DNA of 64,000 nt from an uncultured Acidimicrobiia bacterium (lineage in GTDB: Bacteria; Actinomycetota; Acidimicrobiia; Acidimicrobiales; JACDCH01), in assembly GCA_963840695.1 (NCBI GenBank), contig CAWIZW010000012.1, positions 86,010 to 150,009 on the forward strand. The letters run 5' to 3'. Made by a program: the position numbers and the translations under genes. Below, one piece after another: positions 28,338 through 38,278 of this stretch. Every line of letters begins with the position of its first letter. The first letter of the stretch is position 1. The notes under the pieces were generated by a model. The model was not told the DNA's origin. It searched no databases and saw only the letters and a list, made by a program, of their open reading frames with translations.

Positions 28338-29499
28338 GCGACGCGGTCGCCGTCGCCGGGGTCGGGCAGACGGCGTTCGCCAAGTCGCTCGCCGGAGTCC
28401 GAGAAGGTGCTGGCGCTGAGGCCATCCGGCCGCGCTCGACGACGCCGGGCTCGCGCCGTCGGAGGTCGACGGGCTGTTCTCGCTACACGCTCGAGACGAC
28501 CGAGGAGGTCGACATCGCCCGCAACCTCGGGCTCGGCGACGTCACCTCCTTCGCCCAGGTCGGCTACGGCGGCGGCGCCGGCTGCGGCGTGGTCGGGCAG
28601 GCGGCCATGGCGGTGGCCGCCGGGCAGTGCGACGGTCGCGGTGGCCTGGCGCAGCCGCAAGCGCGGCGCCGCGGCCGGCCGGCCGTGGGCGCAACGTGAA
28701 CCGGCGGCTGTCCGACGCCCGGCAGTGGACGCGCCCGTTCGGGTTGCTGCGGCCGGTCGACGAGATCGCCGTGCTGGCCCGCCGCTACCTGCACGAGTTC
28801 GGCGGCACGCGCGAGCAGCTGGCCGACGGTGGCGCTCGCCGTCCGGCAGCACGCCAACGCGCAACCCCGGCGGCGATGATGCACGCCAAGCCGCTGACGC
28901 TCGAGCGACTACCTCGGGCGCGCGCTGGATCTCCGAGCCGCTGTGCCTGTTCGACAACTGCCTCGAGTCCGACGGCGCCGGCGCGGTCGTCGTCACCGCC
29001 GTCGGAACGGGCGCGCGACCTGGCGCGCGACCCGGTCGTCGTCGCACGCGCTCGCCCAGTCGATCCCGCAGCAGCACCAGACGATGACGAACTACTTCGG
29101 CGAGGACCCGCTGCTCGGGCCCGTCGTGGGCGTGCGCCGCCGGCTGCTGTGGCCGGCGCCGACGTGTCGCCCGGCCGACGTCGACGTCGCCCAGCTGTAC
29201 GACGCCTTCAGCCCGCTCGTGCCGCTGTCGCTCGAGGGCTACGGCTTCTGCGGCCGGGGCGAGGGCCTCGCGTTCGCCGCCGACGGCGGCCTGCGAGCTC
29301 GGCGGACGGCTGCCGACGAACACGAGCGGCGGCGGGCATGTCGCGAGGCCTACGTCCACGGGTTCAACCTCATCGTCGAAGGGGCTGCGCCAGCTCCGCG
29401 GCGAGTCGACGAACCAGGTCGCCGGCGCCGAGGTCGGCCTCGTCACGAGCGGCGAAGGCGTCCCGACGCAGCGCGCTGTTGCTGACGGTCGACCGGTGA
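28334..29499 (+). pseudogene. Thiolase-like protein (second thiolase/DUF35 pair), at least 10 frame switches
   Basis: The GTGA start overlaps the upstream stop: VSDAVAVAGVGQTAFAKSL / YTLETTEEVDIARNLGLGDVTSFAQVGYGGGAGCGVVGQAAMAVAAGQCD / RQWTRPFGLLRPVDEIAVLARRYLHEFGGTREQLAD / RWISEPLCLFDNCLESDGAGAVVVTAV / ADVDVAQLYDAFSPLVPLSLEGYGFCGRGEGLAFAADGGL / AYVHGFNLIVEG / STNQVAGAEVGLVTSGEGVPTSALLLTVDR. Confidence 0.7.
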
Positions 29500-29899
29500 G
29501 CGAGACTGATCCTGCCGGACGTCGACGACCCGGTGGCCGGGCCGTTCTGGGCCGGGTGCGCGGCCGGCGAGCTCCGCGTGCAGGCGTGCGCGTCGTGCGG
29601 CCGGCGCCGGATGCCGCCGCGGCCCATGTGCCCGTCGTGCGGCGCTCGACGCGCGGTGGGACGTGATGGCGGGCACGGGGACCGTGTGGTCGTTCGCCGT
29701 CCCCCACCCGCCGCTGCTTCCGGCGTACGGCGCGGCTCCCGTACGCCGTGGTGGTCGTGAGCTCGACGACGACCCGACGATCCGCTTCGTCGGCGACTCC
29801 GCGACCGGGTCCGACTCGCCGCCATCTGCATCGGTGGCGCCGTCGCCGTCGCCTTCGAACGGGCGGCCGACGACGTCGTCCTCCCCGATGGTCGCCTAG
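29496..29899 (+). pseudogene. Zn-ribbon / OB-fold DUF35 protein (partner of the preceding thiolase), at least 4 frame switches
   Basis: The GTGA start overlaps the upstream stop. ORF 29533..29760 carries AGPFWAGCAAGELRVQACASCGRRRMPPRPMCPSCGA. Later pieces are GTGTVWSFAVPHPPLLPAYG, DDDPTIRFVG and ADDVVLP. Confidence 0.6.
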
Positions 29900-31188
29900 C
29901 GCTGGGTCGCCGCCGCCAGCGTGAGGATGGTGATGGGCGGCTCGTTCGGATCGCGAGGGGCACGGCCCGTCACCGCCCGCTCGGCGACGTCGACGTCGGT
30001 GGCCCGGGCCCGCAGCGCCCGCGACGGTGCCGCCTCCCGCGGGAGGTGGGCGAACGGGTCGTAGGAGAAGATCCGCATGGCGTTCTCGTGGGTGATCTTG
30101 TTGATCTCGTCGTCGGGCACGCCCGCCAGCGCCGGCCACAGCGCCTCCGGCGACTGCGGCCAGGTCGAGTCGGAGTGGGGGTAGTCGCACTCCCAGGTGA
30201 CCATGTCGATGTTCAGGTGCTGGCGGTTCTCGAGCCCGACGGCGTCGTCGATGAAGCAGGTGACGATCCGCTCGCGGAACAGCTCGGACGGCAACCGGCC
30301 GCCGAGGTCGGCGCCGGTCCAGGCCTTGTGGTGCTGGTACACGTAGTCGGCCCGCTCGAGGAAGTACGGGATCCAGCCGATGCCGCCCTCGCGACAGCGC
30401 GATGCGGAGGTCGGGGAACTGCTGCAGCACCCGGCACCACAGCAGGTCGGCGGCGGCCTGCACGATGTTCATCGGCTGCAGCGTGATCATCACGTTGATC
30501 GGCGCGTCGGCCGACGTGATCACCAGCGACGACGACGAGCCGATGTGCAGGCACACGACCGTGCCCTCGTCGGTGCAGGCCTGCCAGAACGGGTCCCAGT
30601 GCTCGCTGTGGAAGCTCGGGTAGCCGAGCTTCTCGGGGTTCTCCGAGAACGTGACGGCGTGGCAGCCCTTCGCCGCCACCCGCCGGACCTCGGCGGCCAT
30701 CTCCTCCGGGTCCCAGAGCGCGGGCAGCGACAGCGGGATGAAGCGGCCCGGGTAGGTGCCGCACCACTCGTCGATGTGCCAGTCGTTGTAGGCCTGCAGC
30801 AGCGCCTTGGCGACTCCTTGTCCGCGGTGCTTGGCCCACAGCTGCCCGCAGAAGCCCGGCATCGACGGGAAGCACAGCGAGCCGAGGACGCCGTTGGCGT
30901 CCATGTCGCGGACGCGCTGGTGGATGTCGTAGCAGCCGGGCGCGCATGTCGTCGAACGACGTCGGCTCGATCCCGTACTCCGCGGGCGGGCGCCCGGCGA
31001 CGGCGTTGAGCCCGATGTTCGGCATCTGCTGGCCCTGGTACGTCCCAGACGTCGGTGCCGTCGTCCTTGCGTGACCAGCTTCGGGGCCTCGTCGCGGAAC
31101 GACGGCGGCCAGGTGGTCGTCCCACATGCCCGGCGGCTCGACGACGTGGTCGTCGACCGACACGAGGATGAGATCCTCGATGCTCCAT
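29896..31188 (-). pseudogene. Amidohydrolase_2 family protein; at least 6 frame switches (mostly 30940-31185, one ~30395, one compensated pair ~30815)
   Basis: IEDLILVSVDDHVVEPPGMWDDHL / PPSFRDEAPKLVTQ / DDGTDVW / YQGQQMPNIGLNAVAGRPPAEYGIEPTSFDDM / PGCYDIHQRVRDMDANGVLGSLCFPSMPGFCGQLW...LLQAYNDWHIDEWC...CHAVTFSE...CLHIGSS...FPDLRIALS / EGGIGWIPYFLERADYVYQHHKAW...TWECDYPHSDSTWP. It is a paralogue of 15970..17181. Confidence 0.8.
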
Positions 31189-31194
31189 CAGCGC

Positions 31195-32397
31195 CTACCT
31201 CCCGTTCCACGGTCGGCCGAGCCCGAAGATGCGCACGGCGTTGCCGGCGACGATGCTGGTGCTTCTCGTCGGCGGGCACGTCGGCCATGGCGTCGTTGAT
31301 CGACCTTGCGGCAGTACGGCCAGTCGTTGCCGTGGTGCGGGTAGTCGGTCGACCACATCATGTTGTCGACGCCGACGCCGTGACGGTTGGCGATGCCGCA
31401 GCGGTCGATGATGAACGTCGCCGACATGTTCCGGTACCAGTAGAAGCGACGGCGGCTCGCGTGATCGGGATGTTGCCCCACGAGCGGTTGCGCCAGTAGC
31501 GGTCGTCCATCTGCTCGAGGAAGTGCGGGATCCAGCCGACGCCCGTCTCGATCATCGCGACGTGGAGGTCCGGGAAGCGCTCGAACACGCCGGTGAAGAT
31601 CAGCTGGCCGATGGTGCCCGGCACCGTGGCGAACACGCCGGCGAGCCCGCCGACCGCCTTGGCGTTGGCCTTCGACGCCTTGTCGCCGATCGCCGTAGAG
31701 CGGCGCGCGACGCGCCTGGGCCGCCGCCGCGCGGCGCGCGCTGGCGGGCGGTCCGGCCGATGAGGTTGATGTGGATGCAGACCGGCATCCCCTCGTCGGC
31801 GGCCGCCGCCCAGAACGGGTCGTCGTCGTCGGAGATGGAGTCGCCGCCCGAGGGCCAGCACGAGATGACGACGCCCTTGAAGCCCCGTCGCCTTGGCCTT
31901 GCGCAGCGTGTCGACGGCGTCGTCGACGCCGGTCGAGCCGATCTGCGCCATGCCGACGAGCCGGTCGCGGTCGGGCGCGCAGAACTCCTCCCAGAGGAAG
32001 TCGGTTGTAGGCGTCGACGCCGGCCCGCACGAAGTCGTCGTCCTCGTCGCCGAGGAAGTGGCCGATGGTGCGCTGCGGCGGGAACAGGATCTCGGCGTCG
32101 ACGCCGTCGATGTCGAGGTCGCTCGAGCCGCGCGGCGCCGTCGTAGCAGCCGGGCCGGGCCTGCTCGTAGGTGACGCCGGTCCAGCGGAACTGGTCCCAC
32201 GGCAGGCCCGGCGTCGTCACCAGCCCGATCGGGTCGGGCTCGGCGGACCCGGCGAACAGCCAGCCGTCGCCGCCGTCGGCGTCCTTGGCCAGCACCGGCG
32301 CCTTGTCCTGGTGCTCCTTCGGGAGCCAGGTCTCCCAGATGTGCGGCGGCTCGAGCACGTGGGCGTCGGCGGACACGATCCGGTACTCCGGCGGCAT
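31195..32397 (-). pseudogene. Amidohydrolase_2 family protein, at least 8 frame switches
   Basis: MPPEYRIVSADAHVLEPPHIWETWLPKEHQDKAPVLAKDADGGDGWLF...WTGVTYEQARPGCYDGAARLE / DIDGVDAEILFP / VRAGVDAYN / FLWEEFCAPDRDRLVGMAQIGSTGVDDAVDTLRKAKA / GFKGVVISCWPSGGDSISDDDDPFWAAAADEGMPVCIHINL / GQLIFTGVFERFPDLHVAMIETGVGWIPHFLEQMDDRYWRN / FYWYRNMSATFIIDR...MWSTDYPHHGNDWPY / IVAGNAVRIFGL. Confidence 0.75.
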
Positions 32398-32420
32398 GCG
32401 CTGGAGGCGTAGCGCCGAAC

Positions 32421-32436
32421 CTGACACGCGCGTCAG
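32421..32436. promoter_or_regulatory. Candidate operator, CTGAC-N6-GTCAG (ctgacacgcgcgtcag)
   Basis: Perfect arms, between the divergently transcribed amidohydrolase genes (starts 32397 and ~32478). Confidence 0.55.
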
Positions 32437-32477
32437 GAAACGCGAGCCGCGCGTCGGCGGAAGCTGCAGCCTCGGTC

Positions 32478-34077
32478 GTGCTTACGCTCGTCCCGTGGGG
32501 GAAGTGGCAGCGCCGGGTCGAGCGGGAGCCTGACCGACCGCCGCCGATCCCGCTGCGGCCGGGACCGGCATCCAACGGCGAGTTCGTACCGGCGGCACCG
32601 AGCGCCCACGACCGGCTCGTCCTGCGGGCCGCCCTCGACCGCGCCGAGCACGCCGCCGCGCGTGCCGGCGTCGACCGGCGCCGCTTCCTCCAGACCAGCG
32701 CCGGGCGTGGCGGCGTTCCTGTCGACGTTCGACCTGGCGGCCTGCAGCCGCCGCGAAGGAGCGTCGACGCCATCGTCGACGACCGGAGCGACGAGCACCA
32801 CGGCGGCGTCCACGACGACGGCCGGCGGCCGCTACGAGGTGCCCGAGCCCGAGGACGTCGTCGCCTGCGAGCAGGCCCTCGCCCGGCCGGGCGGCTTCGT
32901 CTTCGACGTCCACACCCATCACGTCGTTCCCGACGGCCCGTGGCGCGACAACGCCCGCCGCATCGCCGACATGATCCGCGGCCTCGTGCCCGCCGGCTGC
33001 GTCGAGGCCGACCCGTACCGCTGCGTCGATCGCACCGCCTACCTCCACGACCTGTTCCTCGCCAGCGACACGACGATCGCGCCTGCTGTCGGACGTCCCG
33101 AACTCGGGACCGCTCGACGCGCCCCTGCCGTGGGAGGCGAAGCGGGAGACCCGCGCCCTGGCGGAAGCGCTCGCCGCGCCGGGCGCCGCCCGGGTCCTCC
33201 TGCACGACGTCATCGCGCCCAACTTCGGCGACCTGTCGATGCGCCTCGACGAGATGGCGGCGACGGTCGGGACCGGCGACGTGGCCGCGTTCAAGGTGTA
33301 CACGGCGTGGGGACCCGACCGGCAGGGCTTCGCCCTCGACGACCCCGCCATCGGCATCCCCGTGGTCGAGCAGGCCCGAGCCCTCGGCGTGCGGGTCATG
33401 TGCGGGCACAAGGGCCTGCCGCTGCTGGAGTTCGACCGCCGCTTCAACGGTCCCCGCGACCTCGTCGCCCTGCGCCGCGCGCTACCCCGACATGGCCTTC
33501 GTCGTCTACCACGGCGCCTACGAGATCCAGACCGCGAGGGGCCCTACGACCGCGACCGCGCCACGGGCATCGACACCCTCGTGCGGGCCCTCGAGGACCA
33601 CGGCATCGGCCCGAACGCCAACGTGTACGCCGAGCTCGGCACGACGTGGCGGGAGGTGCTCGATCGACCCCGACGAGGCGGCCCACGCCGTCGGCAAGCT
33701 GCTGCGCTACGTCGGCGAGGACAACGTGCTGTGGGGCACCGATGCCGTCTGGTACGGCTCGCCGCAGCCGCAGATCCTGGCCTTCCGGGCCTTCCAGATC
33801 ACCGAGGCAGTTCCAGGCCGCGTTCGGGTACCCGGCCCTGACCGAGGAGCTCAAGGCCAAGGTGTTCGGGCGCAACGCCGCCCGGCTGTTCGGCATCGAC
33901 CCCGACGAGGTGCGGTGCGCGCTCGACGCCGACGGGCTGACCGCCGCCCGGGAGGAGGCGGCCGCCCTCGTCGACCGAAGGCGCGCTGCCGGCGCCGTGG
34001 CAGCCCCGCGGCCCGGATGTCGCGCCGCCAGGTCCTCTCGTGGCTCGGCTCGGCCCGCGAGCCCTGGACGCCCGTAG
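32478..34077 (+). pseudogene. Amidohydrolase-family protein with twin-arginine (Tat) signal, at least 8 frame switches; both ends approximate
   Basis: ASNGEFVPAAPSAHDRLVLRAALDRAEHAAARAGVDRRRFLQTSAG / VAAFLSTFDLAACS ... GGFVFDVHTHHVVPDGPWRDN...LHDLFLASDTTIA / LSMRLDEMAATVGTGDVAAFKVYTAWGPD...VRVMCGHKGLPLLEFD / YPDMAFVVYHGAYE / GIDTLVRALEDHGIGPNANVYAELGTTW / IDPDEAAHAVGKLLRYVGEDNVLWGTDAVWYGSPQPQI / FGYPALTEELKAKVFGRNAARLFGID. Confidence 0.7.
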
Positions 34078-34122
34078 GGATTCGCTGCGCCCCGCGACTG
34101 GCGGCGAGCGCTCGAGCCTTCG

Positions 34123-35589
34123 CTACCGCACCCGGACGACGCGGAGGACGTCGCTCGACGCGCCGGCGGCGTCGGTGGCCTGCGTCGGCACAGGGGCGCC
34201 GGCGATCACGACGACGGTGTCGCCGGTCGTGGCGACGCCGGCGTGCACCGCCCGCTCGACGACGTGCCACACCATGTCGTCGGTCGAGTCGTACACGTCG
34301 ACCGGCGACGGCGTGACCCCCCACGACAGCGCCAGCTGGCGGACCGTCGCCAGGTCGGGGCTGAACCCGATCAGCGGGCACGGCGGCCGGAACCGCGCCA
34401 TGGCCCGCGCCGTGAGCCCCGACCGGGTGCAGCACAGGATGGCGGCGGCGCCGAGCTCGACGGCGACCTGCCAGGCGGCGTGGGTGATGGCGGCGGTGAT
34501 GGCGAGGGACTCGGGCACCTCGGCGGCCCGTTGCAGCTTGCCGAGGCGCCCGCCCCACGCGAGGTAGTCGGCCTCGGCCTCGGCCCGCTCGACGATGCGG
34601 GCCATCGTCCGCACCGCGAGCTCGGGGTCGTGGCCGATCGCCGTCTCGCCCGAGAGCATCACCGCGTCGGTGCCGTCGAACACGGCGTTGGCGACGTCGC
34701 TCGCCTCGGCCCGCGTCGGCAGGGCGCTGTGCACCATCGACTCGAGCATCTGGGTGGCGGTCACGACCGGTACGCCCCAGGCCACGCACGTGCGGATGAT
34801 CCGCTTCTGGAGGTGGGGCACCTCCTCGGTCGGGCAGTCGATGCCGAGGTCGCCGCGGGCGACCATGACGGAGTCGGCGGCGTCGAGGATGGCGGGCAGG
34901 CTCCTCGCGTCGCGGCGCGGGTCTCGATCTTCGCCATGCAGCATCGGCCCGTCGTCGCCCAGCGACGTCGCGCACCTGCTGCACGTCCTCGGCGGAACGG
35001 ACGAAGGAGACGGCGACGATCTCGGGGGCCGCCGGCGCGCAGGAGCTCGAGCAGGTCGAGGTCCTCGTCGGTCGGCGTCGAGAGCCGCAGCTTCTCCGAC
35101 GGGAGGTGGACGCCGGGCCGGCCCTGCACCCGCCCGGCGGCGACCACGACCGCCTTCCACGGCGTCGCCGACGCGGTCCTGCGACCTCGAGGGAGATGAG
35201 GCCGTCGCCGAGGGTGACGCAGTCGCCCGGCGCGAGGTCGTCGAGCAGGGCGTCGTACTCGACCTCGATGCGATCGCCGCCGTCGAGGCGCTGGTCGCCG
35301 GGGACGAGCTCGACGGTGTCGCCCTCGGTGAGGAACACGCCGCCGTCGGGGAACGGCGCCGCCCGCACCTTGGGGCCGGGGAGATCGGCGAGCACCGGCG
35401 ACCGGCTTGCCCGACGGCCTCGGCGGCGGCCCGGATCCGGGCGATGCGGTCGAGGTGCACGCGCCGGGTCGCCGTGGGCGAGGCCGAGCGCGGCAGACGT
35501 CGACGCCGGCCCGGATCAGGCCGGCGAGCTGCGTCAGGGGCGTCGCAGGCGGGCCCGATGGTGGCGACGATCTTCGTCCGGCGGGGCAC
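34123..35589 (-). CDS. pyk: Pyruvate kinase. The ORF is open, but about the N-terminal third (34930-35560) is scrambled by compensating frameshifts
   Basis: ORF track, 488 aa. The start [16 protein letters not shown] and the whole region from ...[55 protein letters not shown]...MLSGETA to the stop are clean. The expected [101 protein letters not shown] and MAKIETRAA occur only in ORFs 33851..35395 and 34761..36794. Confidence 0.85.
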   Translation of the reverse strand: MPRRTKIVATIGPACDAPDAARRPDPGRRRRLPRSASPTATRRVHLDRIARIRAAAEAVGQAGRRCSPISPAPRCGRRRSPTAACSSPRATPSSSSPATSASTAAIASRSSTTPCSTTSRRATASPSATASSPSRSQDRVGDAVEGGRGRRRAGAGPARRPPPVGEAAALDADRRGPRPARAPARRRPPRSSPSPSSVPPRTCSRCATSLGDDGPMLHGEDRDPRRDARSLPAILDAADSVMVARGDLGIDCPTEEVPHLQKRIIRTCVAWGVPVVTATQMLESMVHSALPTRAEASDVANAVFDGTDAVMLSGETAIGHDPELAVRTMARIVERAEAEADYLAWGGRLGKLQRAAEVPESLAITAAITHAAWQVAVELGAAAILCCTRSGLTARAMARFRPPCPLIGFSPDLATVRQLALSWGVTPSPVDVYDSTDDMVWHVVERAVHAGVATTGDTVVVIAGAPVPTQATDAAGASSDVLRVVRVR

Positions 35590-35675
35590 GGGCCAACCGT
35601 ACGACCGCCCATCGTGACGGCGCCGTGAACTCTGCCGATGGCTCGCTCCGGCGCGTCCTGCGCCTGCGCCGCCGG

Positions 35676-36725
35676 TTCAGCCGGCCTCGAGGTCGATGAC
35701 GAAGGCGGCGCCGCCGCCGGGGACGTCCTCGTAGTGGACCGTCCCACCCATGCGGTGCACGAGGCGGTCGACGATGGCGAGGCCGAGGCCTGAGGCCTCC
35801 GGGTGGCGCTGCGGCCCCCGCCGGAACGGCTGGAACAGCGACCGCTTGGCCTCCGTCCGGCACGCCCTGCCCGTCGTCGGCGACGCGGACCTCGACCGTG
35901 CCGACCTCGGACGCCGTCGCCTGCACCGTCACCGTCGGCCCGCCGTAGCGCCAGGCGTTGGTCAGGAGGTTCACCAGCACCCGGTCGAGCGCGGCACGGT
36001 CGGCGAGGGCCGAGAGCCCTGCCGGTATGCCGCCGAGGTCGAGCGTGCGGCCCTCGGGCACCGGGGCGTTGACGGCGGCCTCGGCGACGGCGGCGGCCAG
36101 GTCGACGGGCTCGAGCAACGACGCGGACGGGCCGAGCGTCGGCCATGGCGAGGTCGACGAGGTTCGTGGTCAGCGAGCGCAGCCGCGCCGCTTGGCGGTG
36201 CAGGACGTCGAGGACCGCACGCCGATCGTCCCCCTCGACGAACTCCAGCGCCTGGACGGCCTGGGCGATGGCGGCCGCCGGCGTGCGCAGCTCGTGGGCG
36301 GCGTTGGCGATGAAGTCGGTGAGCGTCGCCGCGGCGCCGTGCTCGTCGGTCGTGTCGATGCTGACGCCGAACACCCGCGCCGCCCGCCCTTCGGGGCCGG
36401 CGAACACCCGCCCGCGGCTCCGCGTCCAGCGGATCGCGCCGTCGGACGCGCGGTGGAAGCGGTGGTCGAAGCTGTAGTCGCCGCACCGTTCGATGGCGGC
36501 GCCGATGGTGCGCTCGATCATGTCGCGGTCCTCGGGGTGGACCATCTCGAGCCACGCCTCGTACGGCACGTCGGTGCCCGGCTCGAGCCCGTACAGGCGG
36601 CACTGGCCGTCGGACCACGCCGCCGTCGCCGGGGCGAGGCCGTAGTCCCAGAAACCGACGTCGGCCAGCTGCTCGAGGTCGGCGAGCTGCCGGCGGACGG
36701 TGGCCAGCTCCTCGTCGCCCGCCAT
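35676..36725 (-). pseudogene. Cytoplasmic PAS-domain sensor histidine kinase; at least 3 frame switches (~36135, ~35840)
   Basis: MAGDEELATVRRQLADLEQLADVGFWDY...MVHPEDRDMIERTI...RFHRASDGAIRWTRSRG (PAS) ...FIANAAHELRTPAAAI (H-box) lies in ORF 34761..36794. LEPVDLAAAVAEA...VLVNLLTNAWRYGGPTVTV...VEVRVADDGQGVP is in ORF 35534..36118. The tail GLGLAIVDRLVHRMGGTVHYEDVPGGGAAFVIDLEAG is in a third frame. Confidence 0.75.
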
Positions 36726-36738
36726 GGTCGGCGACGCT

Positions 36739-37261
36739 AGGACGTCGGAGGACTTCACGGAGCGGTGGATCAGGTTCATCCTCGCGGTGAGCACGAGCTC
36801 GCCCGGCGTGGTCGCGGTACTCGGTCTCGGTGACGAGGAAGGTCATCGTGCGCTCGCCGGCGGGCTTCTCGTAGAGGTCGACGACCTTGCCCTCGCTCGT
36901 GCAGGCGTCTCGCCCACGACGACCGGTCGGTGGTAGGTGAACTCCTGCTCGCCGTGCAGCACCATGCCGCCCTTCGCCATCAGCCCGCCGATGATCTCCA
37001 TCGTCGGGTTGGTCGCCGGGCGTGCGCGTCGGCCGGCTGGGCCTCGGGGAACGCGCCCCAGTGCCCGGCGGCGGAGAAGAAGTAGGTCGGCGGCACCGGG
37101 ATGCCGTCGAAGCCGGCGGCGGCGGCCGCGTCGGCGCCGCTGGTAGATCGGGCTGGTCTCGGTGACCGCCTCGGCGAACTGGGTGACCGGACCCCGCTCG
37201 ATGGTCGACCGTCGACCGCCCGGTCGACCGGCCGACGACCTCGTCGCGGGTGACTGCCCAT
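36739..37261 (-). pseudogene. MaoC-N / FAS1-like dehydratase domain protein (hotdog fold), at least 6 frame switches; 3' end uncertain
   Basis: Pieces: AVTRDEVVGR, IERGPVTQFAEAVTETSPIY, AAAAGFDGIPVPPTYFFSAAGHWGAFPE (ORF 36980..37261), TNPTMEIIGGLMAKGGMVLHGEQEFTYHRPVVVGE, EGKVVDLYEKPAGERTMTFLVTETEYRDHAG and ELVLTARMNLIHR. Confidence 0.6.
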
Positions 37262-37283
37262 CTGTCCCTCCAGGTGCTAGAAA

Positions 37284-37299
37284 CTGACACGGACGTCAG
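37284..37299. promoter_or_regulatory. Candidate operator, CTGAC-N6-GTCAG (ctgacacggacgtcag)
   Basis: Perfect arms, in the 60-nt divergent region between the dehydratase start (37261) and the SDR ATG (37322). Confidence 0.55.
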
Positions 37300-37321
37300 G
37301 TATTGAAGCACAGGGGGACCG

Positions 37322-38271
37322 ATGGGGTTGCAGGACGGGCCAGGGGCTCCTCGAAGGAAAGGTGGCGATCGTCAGCGGCGCCGGCCGCGGCATCGGACGG
37401 GGCGAGGCGCTCGAGCTGGCGGCCCAGGGCGCCAAGGTCGTCGTCAACGACCTCGGCGGCTCGCACACCGGTGAGGGCAGCCGACAAGCGGCCGGCCGAG
37501 GAGGTCGTCGAGATCATCCGCGACCGCGGCGGCGAGGCTGTCGCCAACTACGACGACGTCGGCGACTGGAGCGGCGCCGAGAACCTCGTCAACGCGGCCA
37601 TCGACGCCTTCGGCGCCCTCGACATCGTCGTCAACAACGCCGGCATCCTCCGCGACGCCTCGATCGTGAAGATGACCGAGGACGAGTTCGACTCCGTGCT
37701 CCGCGTCCACCTCAAGGGCACCTTCAACACGACCCACTTCGCCGGCGTCTACTGGCAGTCCGAGTCGAAGGCGGGCCGCATGCGCCGCGCCGCGATCGTC
37801 AACACCGTCAGCTCGGCCGGCCTGCAGGGCAACAAGGGCCAGGCCAACTACGGCGCGGCCAAGGCCGGCATCGCCGCCCTCACGACGATCACCGCACTCG
37901 AGATGGGCCGCTTCGGCGTGCGGGCCAACGCCATCGCGCCCGGCGGCGCCACCCGCATGGTCGCCGCCGCCATGCCCCAGATCCAGGTGACGGAGGCCGA
38001 CGAGGTCGAGCGAGGGCGAGTTCGACCGGCTCAACCCCGGCAACTCCGCCCCGATGGTCGCCTGGCTCGCCTCCGACGAGGCGATGCACGTCACCGGGCA
38101 GGTGTTCCGGGCCGTCGGCGACGCGATCACGCACTACATCCCCTGGACGCTCGGCACCGAGATCAAGACGCCGAAGGGCCCGCGCAAGTGGGACCCGGCC
38201 GAGATCGGCGACGCCGTCGAACGCGTCGATCTTCCGCTGCCGGCCCGGCGGCCTGCAACTCGGGCGGCTGA
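37322..38271 (+). pseudogene. SDR-family oxidoreductase (~310-aa long type), at least 4 frame switches
   Basis: MGLQDGPG / LLEGKVAIVSGAGRGIGRGEALELAAQGAKVVVNDLGGSHTGEGS / DKRPAEEVVEIIRDRGGEAVANYDDV...LDIVVNNAGILRD...NTVSSAGLQGNKGQANYGAAKAGIAALT...RANAIAPGGATRM / GEFDRLNPGNSAPMVAWLASDEAMHVTGQVF...KWDPAEIGDAVERV lie across ORFs 37303.., 37362.. and 38054... Confidence 0.75.
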
Positions 38272-38278
38272 GCTGCCC

